Below the pieces are notes generated by a model. The model searched no databases, was not told the origin of the DNA, and was given only the letters and a program-made list of their open reading frames with translations. The position numbers were made by a program, and so were the translations under genes. Shown here piece by piece: positions 35,439-47,600 of a stretch of 64,000 nt of DNA (position 1 is the stretch's first letter; every line of letters begins with the position of its first letter). Origin of the DNA: Ginglymostoma cirratum (taxonomy: Eukaryota); assembly GCA_024137785.1 (NCBI GenBank), contig JAHRHZ010000079.1, positions 9,833,073-9,897,072 on the forward strand, in the 5' to 3' direction.

Positions 35439-37899
35439 ATTAATAAATCCTTGCAGCCAGAACTGCAGTTTAAATGTTGAATCAGCCAATCTTATCATGG
35501 CCTAAGTAACATCCTCCTTTTTTGTAAAGACAGATACAAAGTATTCATTCAAAACCTCAGCCATGCCTCTGCCCCAATCTGCAAATCCCCATTTTGATCA
35601 GCCTTAATTCTCTTTTAAACACAATCTTACTGTTTTCATTGCCTAAAGGAAACTTTAGGTTTTCCCTTCATGCGAACTGCTAGCGTTTTCTCACAGTTCT
35701 TCATTGCCTCTCTTATTTGCCTTTCCACTTTCACCACCCGCACCCCCAAAAAACACGAACACACACAACCTTCGGTATTCCTGTTGATTTTCAGTTGTAT
35801 TTTCTGCATTAATCTGTCGTATGCACACTTTTTTTCCTTTTTAATATTAATGCATACTTCTTTTGCTGTGCAGAGATCTTTGAATTTGTTTGTCCAACCT
35901 TTTCTAACAGAGAGAATGTAAATTAACTACACTCAAAATCAGCTGCTCTTTAAAAATGGACCGGTGTTCAGTTTTCCTGCCAATCTTTTATTCCAATCTG
36001 TTCTTACCCCATTAATGTCAAGTTCTCTGCCGATTGACATTTCTTACTCTGGATTGTTGCATCTCATTACCATCACGTTATGGCATTTGGGTGGTGCTTA
36101 ATGCAGTCTCCAACATTAATCCTTCAGAACCATTGCCGTATATAATAGGGTTCATCCCACTGCTCTGCCTTTGCCACTCATAGACATTAAAATCTGCAAA
36201 ACTGTGAATATTGTCAAAACACTCGCGCCAGCTTTATTCACACCTTTTATACTGAACAAAACTTCAAGTGCGTTTGAAAAACCCATAGATTCAAAGGGCT
36301 TTTGTTTCATTTTATATCTAATTGTAGGAAAGTGGAGGATCAATGGTTTCACCGGAGCCTACTCACAATCACAGCCACTGGGCTATTTTATTGAATTTGT
36401 AACAAAATCTAGTCTCCTAGTGTGACTTCATTCTCTATTGAACTTAACTTTATGTGTAGAAAACAGAAGGATTGGCTTGCTGTGAACTGATTTGAAATTG
36501 AGAACCAGGCTTTGAGTGCTTCTGAACTAGAAAGTTAGATTAGTAATATTTTACTTTACAATCAGTTGGTCATGGAAGTAAGGACAGTAAACTGCTCAGA
36601 TTAGTTCAGTGTGTTTGACCCTGTTGATTTAATATGCCATTAGACTGTCCTAAAAAACTAAGTAGCATTGAATTGACATTCTGCACTTGAGTACAGAGTT
36701 GCCAGTAACATCTTATAATCCAATTTGAAGTGCTTTGGGATGTTGACGAGTCTGTGAGATGCACGATCGGTTTTCTTGCTAACTTTATTTCTAACAGTAC
36801 AGAATTAGGCCTATTCCAATCAGCGTTAAGAAAGAATTTTTCAGCATCAATATTTTCGCAAATGAATATTGGTCTTTAGATTTCCATTTGGTTACCAGAT
36901 CTAACCCACTCATGCAAACTAAATGAATTTACTGCAAGCCGAGCCTCTAATGCTTGGAGCAAGTGCTTTGGATTTTATTTCATGAACTATGAAGATGGGG
37001 ACAGTTTACATCTAATTAGCATTTTAATTATTTTGGAGAGATCAAGAATTTAGAGGAAGCTTTTATCAACTTCTGCTTCCTCTGGGGATCGATTAGAGAC
37101 TTTGACAATTCTCTTTGCAGAGCAGTCATACTGGTAAAGATAAAACGATGATGACGCCGTGCCCTAATGTTGAAAGTGTATGTTAGTGTGCTTTTTAACT
37201 TGAGTTTTTTCTTGACTATGATATATTATATTTATGCTTTGCACCTATGGGAGAGCTCAATTTGCTGCAGCAGTGTGCTGGCTCTTGTAAGATGTCATTA
37301 TGTACTATTTTTGAACAACTGGTAACTCATTTAAAATAAGCAAATTAGTAATTGTATTGGAATGGAACTCAAAAGACTATTAAATGAACCAGTTAATCAC
37401 TATACTATGAGGACAAAGTAAACCCACAGGTATATAAATGGTCTACGGACTTGATAAATAATTGGACTGGAATTATTTGATTGTTATTCTTTTGGAATAT
37501 AAACAATAAAAAATATCAAAATGCCAATTCAATATAAACAAAAATTTTCTACTGTTTTATAAAATATCATATGCCATAAAATAAACTTCCATGTTATTTC
37601 AGAAACAAATTCAGTGCAAGTTTGGTGAATCTTCTAATAACTGGCTGAAATCCTGTCTAAAACAAATCTCTTTCTGGATTCACAAGTTGATGATATTGTC
37701 AAATTTTAAATGTGGTCTCAATAAATCAAACCTGTTTTTTTAAATGTTTGTTATGGATCTTGTGAAACCAGCTAAGGGTAATCACGCTAAAATTAAGGGA
37801 AGTATAGAATTGTTAATATTAATAATTTAAATTGTATCAATAACAACATAAAGTTCTTGTTAAATCTGTAAAAGCAACCGATTAAGATCTGATTTGTGT

Positions 37900-38860
37900 T
37901 TGAAATGTTTTCGCAAATCTAAAATGGACCGCACAAGGTTGAATTTTGCAGCACCAGAGCTGACACTATTTTGTTTCGGAGACAATTAAGTGACCCTGTC
38001 AACCATCTACAATAAATGCAGGCCTCATTTAATTGAGTTATTAAGAGTCATTTGCATGAAATAGGATCCTTTTGTGAATTTGACATTTCTGCACACCTGA
38101 TGCATTGTTTTTTAACCTGCTGAACATATCATAACAGGAACAAATGCCAAAAAGCTTTCTCACATGGTATTTAAATGAATCCTCACTTCCATCACCGTAA
38201 GACTCTGATCAGTCATTTTTGCCATTAGTTACTGAAAGGTCCATGTTTATGGCTGTTTTGGCTGTGAAATGTTTTACAGACTGAGTTTATGGAGGGCAGG
38301 AACAGTATTTTTCAAGATAAATTTGTTTGCAATTGCTGGGAAATAGCAATTGTTGACTCTCCAAAATTAGGAGCAGCAGCAAAGAAGGTAACAGATACCT
38401 GCACAGGCTGTAAATAACAAAGAAAGACAAGGGCTCAACAGGCATTAAAGTCTGTGTGCCTTCCGAATCAGAGGCTGAATTTCAGAGTTGGAGGAAGAGC
38501 TATAACCCAACACCAGGTCTTGCACGTGTTGTGGCAATGAAGTTTGCTGTGAATCCAAACATTTATACCTCTGATCCTACAGAACTGCTTCCAGTGACAT
38601 CAACAATATTAATTAGCTTTGCAATGCAAGCACTTTGATTTTTCCATTAGTGCACTGTTGAGGACATGACCGCAATTAGCTTCTGGAGGCTGATGAGCAA
38701 AAAAGAAGGATGCTGGAATTTTCCCACTTTGTGGACACTGAGCATCATAAACTGCACATACATACTGAAATGTGCTGCTCATCGTGAAGCTGCTCTGTTT
38801 GAGAAAATAAGCCTTTGCTGTGGTCAATGTTCAACAACAGCGTTAATGGGGTAAACATCT
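37900..38860. promoter_or_regulatory. Candidate conserved non-coding (enhancer-like) elements
   Basis: TE-free complex sequence with clustered TAAT/ATTA, octamer ATTTGCAT (38050-38057) and Sox-like cattgtt; conservation is inferred, not tested. Confidence 0.35.
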
Positions 38861-39904
38861 CAAGACATGTTACAGGTACATTATAAAAGAAAACTAATAC
38901 CACACCACATGAGCTGTTAGAAGAGGTGACCAAAGGCTTAGTCGAAAAGATAGGTTTGAAGGACCACTTTTAAAGAATGATAGAGAAGTAGAAAGGCTTA
39001 GTGAGGGAATTGCCAACTTGATAACCTTGGCAACTGAAAGTACAGCCTCCAAGTTGAGACAATTAAAATTAGGCATGTTCACATGGTTAAAATCGGAAAA
39101 GTAGTGATATCTCAGAAGTTGTGGGGCTTATGGGAGTCAAGGTAATGGGTAAGAAACATTAAATATCAGTGAATTTTTAAGACAATTGATATTTGCAACA
39201 GATTCCAAATTAAACTCAACAAGAATTACTGCCTGGAAGTGCTCCTGAAAGACTGATTATGGCAACTGGTTGTCAAATTTTCGGCCCTTTCTTGATCCCT
39301 AACATTGCCAGCAATATAATTCACCTTTTGATGGCCTTAAGAATGCCGATAGCTAATTGAAGTAACATCTGCAATGAGTGGAATTAACAATTTTGATGTG
39401 GTTTAATAGTTGCACGTTTGTTTACCGAAGTAAGTTACTGCGTGATAATAGCCTACAGAACTTGGCAATCGTTCCTGGGTTGTTTGCATCCATAATGGCG
39501 TTTACACATCAGTTTTCAAAGTATTTAATGCATACATTACACCATTTATACACCATTTATTGTGCAAGATGTTTGTTGCTAGAGTTCGTTAAACTATTAA
39601 TTTGTCCTTTCACTGGTCGTAAATTGAATATATGATTTATATTTTAACATTGATTGACAACAAATAATTCTTGAACTATGACAACTAATGGACCATTTCT
39701 AAAAACAAAACAAAGCTGTAAGAAGTGCTTTAAGTTAGGAATATGAAATTGTCTGTTTGTTATTCTCTCAGAGGGAAAGAAATACCCTTGAACAGACTAT
39801 TCAGTTTGCAAATTGCTAAATTTGTACAGCAAATGTATCTTTTTTATCTGTGTCACGTTACGAATACAACAATTATAAATAAAATATATGTGTCTATATA
39901 CTGC

Positions 39905-40020
39905 TGCACACTTGCAGCACAGTGGCAGTGTCCCTACCCCTGGACAGAGAGGCCTGGGTTCAAGACCTACCTGCTCCAGAGATGTGTAATAACATCTCTG
40001 AACAGATTGATTAGAAAAAT
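39905..40020 (+). mobile_element. Short tRNA-derived SINE-like repeat
   Basis: B-box-like gggttcaagacc; second copy at 53200-53315, both ending aacag(a/g)ttgattagaaaat. Confidence 0.65.
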
Positions 40021-40149
40021 AGGTATACTGCTGCAACCGTATTTTGAAAATATTATTTTGAAAGGCTTTTGCTTTAACTTAAGGCACTCACTAATGAATT
40101 CCAATCTAACTGGGAATATCGTTGTAATTCACAGGTAGTGCTCTAGTGC

Positions 40150-40440
40150 CACAGAATCACAAAATTGTGACAGCCTAGAAGGAGACCATTTAGCCCATCA
40201 TGTCTACACAAGCTCTCCAAATGAAAATTGACTTAGTGGTTATCTCCAGTTTTTTTCTTTTCCCTGAAACATTTGCACACTGTTTCTATTCAAATAATCA
40301 TCTAATGCTGTCTTGACTATCTGATCTGAACCTGCCTATGCCACCACTTAATGCATTCTAAACTTGAACAAATCACTGTATGATCGAAAGGTTTTTTGCA
40401 GGACCCTATTTGATTATTTTGCAAATCACTTAAAATTCTT
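40150..40440 (-). mobile_element. CR1 LINE 3' end, degenerate
   Basis: cacagaatcacaaaattg...gaaggagaccatttagcccatca tail motif. Confidence 0.55.
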
Positions 40441-40479
40441 ATTTTTTGTGATAGCAAATTCTAAGCTTATGTCTGAAGA

Positions 40480-40776
40480 AGCAGAAGTCGCTCAGTGGTT
40501 AGCAATACTACCTTACATCGCTAGGGACCTGGGTTTGATTCCATCCTCGGGTGACTGTCTGTGTGGAGTTTGCACATTCCCACCGTGTCTGTGTGGATTT
40601 CCTCCAGGTGCTCAGGTTTCCTCTCATAGTTCAAAGATGTGTAGGTAAGGTGGATTAGCTATGTTAAATACCCATATTGTGCAGGTTATATGGATTAGCA
40701 ATGGGAAATGCAGGGATTGGGTTGGTGTGGACTTGATGGGCTGAATGGTTTGCTTTCACACTGTAGGGATTCTATA
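40480..40776 (+). mobile_element. HE1-type V-SINE, older copy
   Basis: gtcgctcagtggttagc, ggtttgattcc, gtgtggagtttgcacattc, tail gtagggattcta. Confidence 0.85.
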
Positions 40777-41559
40777 TGTTGTTTGATTGTAATGGGTTGT
40801 GACAAAATTTTTGTTACAGTGATATACAGATATGGTTGAGTGGAAACCTAGAGGAAGAAATGCTTTTCATAAGGAATGTTCAGCACACTTGATCGTGTTT
40901 TTGTTTCTTGACCCAAGCTCAGGCCAAACATCTTAGTAACTGTTCATTGTTGTTCACTGTACATGATGGTAAGGATACATTACAAGAAGCTCCAAGCTAT
41001 GCAGAGTCCAACTTCTTACTAAATTATTGACACATGATAACTGAGGTAACATGATATCAGGAGCAAGAATGGGCCAGCATTGCTAGTAGTGCTCAAAGCA
41101 GAAACAACATTTATAACTTTTCCTTCATTGGTATGATAATTGGAAAGCGCCTTTTTTGAAAAAAAAAATTAATGGGATGATCACTGATTTTTAAAAATTA
41201 ATTTCTTGCTAAGCAAAATGTTAGAAATCTAAAATGTCAACAGAAAATGCTGGTAATCAGTCAGGTGGATGGGCAGCATCGGTGGAGAATGAAATAAAGA
41301 TGCTGGGCCATATTTTATTATTGGATTGGGAATTGGAAACAGAACTAATCTCATCATTATGATGCTTTCTCTGCCTCAAGACAGCTAGCAGCCAGGATTG
41401 TTCAGGGATCTAGGAGCCTAGTGGCTGGGGGTGGGAGGGGAGGCTGGGCCCAGCTAAGACACCTCAAAAAAACTCACTTCCCTTTCCCCAAAAGCCTTGA
41501 TCTATTGCTTCCAAAGTGATCAGTCACTCACCTAGGTACAGTTGAACATTCTGATCATT

Positions 41560-41820
41560 TTAAACCCACTTATACTGAAACCCTCACCCTTCATTGTTAA
41601 CATCTCAAACACTTAACCCAACCCCTCACTGTTATTCCCTCACCCTCCCCTCTCACTCGCAAACCTTCACTGTCACACCATAACGCCCCCACCCGCATAG
41701 ACAGACATACACACCCTTACCCCACTCACTCTCATCCCTTCACACTCACCACCTTCCCTCTCACCCCCTTATCCACATCACCCAACTCACCCCTCGTCCC
41801 TCACCTCTCTCATCCACTTT
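41560..41820. repeat. C-rich low-complexity tract
   Basis: Repeated ccctcac/cactc words. Confidence 0.5.
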
Positions 41821-42117
41821 GTGAACAGAACTTACAGCTCAATTTTAGCAACCAAATATACGATAAAAGCACTTGAGTAAATAGACTGTTCAAATGAGTG
41901 GTGTAAACAATGTTAAGAAATTGTAGCTGCAGTGATTGTAACGAGGCCAGCCTGGTGGACCTCAAAGAATATGAGTTCCCTGATTGGGACTGTCAATCTG
42001 GTCCAGTCATGGAATCCTAGCTGACAGATAAAAACTGGAGTGTCACACATCCTGTCACTCTGAGAGTTGGCTGTAAGGGATGAATGTCAAGGACTTTCCA
42101 CATGTGAATAAAGGCTG

Positions 42118-42650
42118 CATCATAGGAGCAGAAAAGCTTGACGTTTCGGGCCTAGACCCTTCATCAGAAATGGGGGAGGAGCAAGCTTCAAAATCTCCCC
42201 TCCCCCAACTGCATCCCAAAACCAGCCCAGCTCATCCCCGCCTCCCTAACCTGTTCTTCCTCTCACCTATCCCCTCCTCCCACCTCAAGCCGCACCCCCA
42301 TCTCCTATCTACTAACCTCATCCCGCCCCCCTTGACCTGTTCGTCCTCCCTGGACTGACCTATCTCCTCCCTAACTCCCCACCTACACTCACCTTTACTG
42401 GCTCCATCCCCGCCTCTTTGACTTGTCTGCCTCCTCTCTACCTATCTTCTCCTCTATCCATCTTCTATCCGCCTCCTCCTCTCTCCCTATTTATTTCAGA
42501 ACCCTCTTCCCCTCCCCCATTTCTGATGAAGGGTCTAGGCGCAAAACGTCAAGCTTTCCTGCTCCTATGATGCTGCTTGGCCTGCTGTGTTCATCCAGCT
42601 CCACACCTTGTTATCTCGGATTCTCCAGCATCTGCAGTACCTATTATCTC
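42118..42650 (+). mobile_element. PLE family A 3' end with short inverted terminal copy
   Basis: Closely similar to 8305-8764; inverted piece 42118-42180; exact 13-bp TSD tgaataaaggctg at 42105-42117 and 42651-42663. Confidence 0.9.
42137..42170 (-). ncRNA. Minimal type I hammerhead ribozyme motif
   Basis: Minus strand tttCTGATGAagggtctaggcccGAAACGTCaag: canonical CUGAUGA, stem II, GAAA, GUC triplet. Confidence 0.75.
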
Positions 42651-44351
42651 TGAATAAAGGCTGACTTGGTTTCGGGATACCAGCCTCTGTGGAGTTAATT
42701 CAGTGACATGATGAAGCAAAAGGATTACTGTCAAGAGTCTATAGGAATCTGAGTAATCAAATGGTCTCCAGAATTGTTATCTCAATAGATATCTAGACCA
42801 AATGCATAAAAGCAATGGGAAAAGTGCAAATATTTACACTTGAACATGATTCTAGCTATCCCCTCAATAATAGACTGTATTATTTATCCATTTCAATTCA
42901 TCTGAAGAGTATTCCACATTTATAAGGCATTTTTTAATTGACAGTTTTCCATTTGGCATAAATAATAATCAGACAAACATGTCATTTTAAGGAGTAGCTA
43001 CATTATCTAACAATGGCACTGTCATAACTCACTTGATGGAATACAAATACAATTCATGCTACAGCATTGACTGATAAACTGTGAGGGAGGGAAACAATTT
43101 TACTTTTAAATTCTTAATGTTTCTACTCCATAATTCACACCTACATGTAGCTAGTGTAAAGGCCAATTACTGCTAAAGTCTGTAGTCACCATGAAAATTG
43201 AACAAAAACTTACCTGGGACAGCATCTTAATGAACTCACAGCCCTGTCACTTGCCTTCTTCGTTAGTGCAGGTTTACATAGAGTTATGTTAGAAGCAATC
43301 TATACAAAGGATCATTGTACTGATACCATAAAGGTTGAAATGCATAAAGGAAAATGGGGGAACTGGGCAAGTGATAATGAGATGTGATAAAGTGATAAGA
43401 GACATGGGATAAACCTGATGAACATGTGAAAGAACTGCGTGATAGATCTGAAAGTGAGTTAAGGAAAGCAACAGATCTTTTCAACATAGAACTACCTTTG
43501 AAAATAATTACTCTTAATTGTTTGTAATTTCCAACTCAATCTAAAGAGTGGAATTACCAATTATATTCTGCAAGCTGAATTGCAATATAACTGAAAACTC
43601 TAATCTACTTTTTATTTTGTATTTTCTTTGAACTGTTGACACCACATAGCCAGAGGAAAGGATAGCAGCCAATGTGAGATTCCCAAGGATCCAAATTTTC
43701 CTGACTGCCTTGGGAAGATTGAGGTGAGTAATCAATGCTCTGTTCCCCTTTAAATTTATCTATGTTGCTTATGAAAGGTGATTCGACAGTTAATGCAAAA
43801 TTTCCAGAGGTCTGAAATTAATAATGAACAATCAAAATATCATGCATCATTTTTGTTTGAACCAGGAATAAACACTGCACTATTCTGCAAATGTGATTTT
43901 ACTTCTGTAGTTGACCAGAATGAGCAAAAACTGACTGCAACAGAATGAGTTGTGTACAATCGTGTACAAAATAAACACAATAAGAAAGATGGGTTAAGTG
44001 AGAGGTAGCAAAAGTAAAATAAAGCATGAGTTCTTAAAATGTAAAGCAATAACTAAAATATGAGCAAATGAAACTCCATGTTTTTAAAAGCAAATTTTCA
44101 AGGTCTCAGTAATTATTTTGTAGCAATTAGAGCTATCACCTTCTGTTTAAAATCCATGCAAATCGTCCTTGATTAATTTATGTCTTTTCAAAAGCTGATT
44201 AATATTGTCACTTTTTTTTCCAATTATTTAGCCAACATCATGGTTAGGTTAATTTGTTTCTAAAGTTAATATATCCCTTTCTCCAGTTCTAAACAATGAG
44301 AAAATGTCAGAAGTCTTCCTGATTTTCAGCTCCGCACCTGTAGCTGGAGTA

Positions 44352-44574
44352 TTAAAGAAACGGCTTCACTAGGTACCAAACTGTCCAGTTTCCTATTTGA
44401 TTAAGAACCATCCCTCATGCAACTACAGGGATAGCCCCAGCAAAGTTGCTAACGGACAGAAGACTGCACCAGGTTAAATCTGATCTTCCCAGATCTGAGG
44501 GGAGGGTGAAATGGCATCAGGAATGCCAAACCAGACACAAGGCTCCGCTAGGCGAGAGAGACAATTTACTTCAG
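44352..44574 (+). repeat. Inverted duplicate of the Gypsy integrase 3' segment (45377-45608)
   Basis: Direct alignment; ORF track shows VKSDLP..GRVKWHQECQTRHKA on both strands. Confidence 0.85.
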
Positions 44575-44676
44575 TACTATGGCCAGAGCACCTATTATTT
44601 CCTGCCTTGCTATCCAAACAACCTATGATATAACTCATTGAGCACTGGCATTTTCTATCCTTTCAAAAATGCGAAG

Positions 44677-47600
44677 GGAAATAACTCCACAGAAGCTGGT
44701 ATCCTGTCTTCAAGTCACCCTTTATTCACATGTGGAAAGTCCTTGACACTGATGCAGCTTCCTCAGAGCCATCTCCCAGAGTGACAGGATATCTGTCACT
44801 CCAGTTTTTATGTGAGCTGAGATTCCATGATTGGACCACGTTAACAACATTAATCAGGGAACTCATATTCAATGAGGTCCACCTTGCTGACTTTGGTACA
44901 GTCATTATATCCCTCCCCCTCTGAGTCTGAAGACATGGGGTGATTGTTTTTGCTGTAGCGCATGCAGGGGTGTTTTAGCATCAGGTCAGGTTCTTCTGAC
45001 TCTGCCTCAGATACAGGAGGCATGTAACGCACAGTCGCTCACCTCTCGCACCCAGAATATCTTGGAAGAAGTTCATTCTCTTCTTCAATGGCAAAGGCAT
45101 TAAGGCAGTGACCATCTCAGATTCCAAGGTCTCCTTAAAGCTGGACAGGGATGGAGAACCCACAGGTAAAGCCAGCCTTTCCGACTGTTCTGAGGAGCCA
45201 GGCATGTTTTGCGCCTGCCTCCTGATTACAATTTTGCAGCTTTCATATGGTCTACCTGCTTGTTCAAGACCATCGCACCTACCCGAACTTTATACATCAC
45301 TGGGCCTGTCCTCACATCGACTGTGTCGCTTACCCATGCTGCGCCATTCCTGTGGTTCCTATGCCAAACTTTGTCCCTGAAGTAGATTGTTTCTCTCGAT
45401 TAGCAGAGCCTTGTGTCTGGTTTGGCATTCCTGATGCCATTTCACCCTTTCCCCAGATCCAGGAAGATCTGATTTAACCTGGTGCACAGTCTTCTGTCCG
45501 TTAGCAACTCTGCTGGGGCTATCCCCGTAGTTGCATGAGGGAAGGTTCTTAATCAAATAGGAAACCGGACAGTTTTGTACCTGGTGAAGCTGTCAGCCAT
45601 TTCTTTAAGCCTGCTTTCAAAGTATGGAATGCTCTTTCTGCCAAATCATTGGATGATGGATGGTATGGAGCTGTTCTTATATGTTGAATGCCATTCAACT
45701 TTAGGAAATACTCAAATTCCCTGCTGATAAACGATGGCCCATTATCTATGACCAACAATTTCAGGAGTCTGTGTATTGCAAAAGCTGCACACAGTTTTTC
45801 TATCGTAATCCCCATGTTTGACGAATGAACACTATGCACATCCAACCACTTTGAATGGGCATCCATAATGATTAAAAGCATTGAGCCATGAAAGGAACTG
45901 CATAGTGGACATGAGTCCAGGTTTTATCTGGTCTTTCCCTGATTGCGGGGGCACTGCTGGTGGTAATCTTTGTGCTTGTTGACATTCTCAGTACTGCCCC
46001 ACCAATGTGGCTGTGTCTGCATCCAATCCTGACCATCAGGCATAACTTCTCACCAATATCTTCATTTTGGAAACTCCTGGATGACCCTGGTGGAGTTCAG
46101 CCAGTTTTCTAGGCGACCTGTGCTTGGGACAATCACTCTAGCTCGCCATAATAATATGACATCCTTTACGGTGATCCGGCCTCTCCGGGTCCAAAAAGGT
46201 TTCAGTTCTGGTTGTGAAAGCCCTTTGGTTTCCCCCATCACCACCAGCTATTTCAGTTAGCTAGGACGGGCTTTTTCTACGTGCAAAGTCTAATATTGCC
46301 AGCTGTGACTGAAATTTAAAACCTTTATGGACTCTTCCTGTGGCAGTAGTGTATCTGTTAGCAGGAGGCGGCTCAATGCATCTGCAGATGCTACTTGGAG
46401 TCTTGTAAAGGTATTGGTGAACTTCCTAACTCTAAATATGACCGCCAAGCCTTTCTTCTCTATCTATGCATAGAACATAGAACATTACAGCGCAGTACAG
46501 GCCCTTCGCCCTTCGATGTTGCGCCGACCTGTGAAACCAATCTGAAGCCCATCTAACCTACGCTATTCCCTTATCATCCATATGTTTATCCAACGACCAT
46601 TTAAATGCCCTTAAAGTTGGCGAGTCCAGTACTGTTGCTGGCAGGGCATTCCACGCCTTTACAACTCTCTGAGTAAAGAACCTACCTCTGACATCTGTCC
46701 TATATCTATCACCCCTCAATTTAAAGCTATGTCCCCTCATGCTAGCCATCACCATCCGAGGAAAAAGGATCTCACTGTCCACCCTATCTAATCCTCTGAT
46801 CATCTTGAATGTCTCTATTAAGTCACCTCTCAACCTTCTTCTCTCTAACGAAAACAGCCTCAAGTCGCTCAGCCTTTCCTCATAAGACCATTCCCTCCAT
46901 ACCAGGCAACATCCTGGAAAATCTCCTCTGCACCCTTTCCAATGCTTCCACATCCTTCCTATAATGCGGCGACCAGAACTGCATGCAATATTCCAAGCGC
47001 GGCCGCACCAGAGTTTTGTACAGCTGCAACATGACCTCACAGCTCCAAAACTCAATCCCTCTACCAATAAAACCTAACATACCACAGGCCTTCCCAACAA
47101 GGCTAACAACCTGTGTGGCAACTTTCAGGGATCTATGCTCATGGACACCGAGATCTCTCTGCTCATCCATACTACCAAGAATCTTACCATTAGCCCAGTA
47201 CTCTGTGTTCCTGTTACTCCTTCCAAAGTGAATCACCTCACACTTTTCCACATTAAACTCCATTTGCCACCTCTCAGCCCAGCTCTGCAGCTTATCTATG
47301 TCCCTCTGTAACCTGCAACATTCTTCCGCACTATCCACAACTCCACCGACTTTAGTGTCATCCGCAAATTTACTAACCCATCCTTCTACGCCCTCATCCA
47401 GGTCATTTATAAAAATGACAAACAGCAGTGGCCCCAAAACAGATCCTTGTGGTACACCACTAGTAACCGAACTCCAGGATGAACATTTCCCATCAACCAC
47501 CACCCTCTGTCTTCTTACAGCTAGCCAATTTCTGATCCAAACCACTAAATCATCCTCAGTCCCATGCCTCCGTATTTTCTGCAATAGCCTACAGTGGGGA

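Larger units (their letters stand above)
41922..42702 (+). mobile_element. Solo LTR of the Gypsy family at 44677-51151, interrupted by a PLE
   Basis: gtgattgtaacgagg...gagttccctgatt...tgaataaagg...gtggagttaattca matches the reverse complement of 44677-44909 and 50916-51151. Confidence 0.8.
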
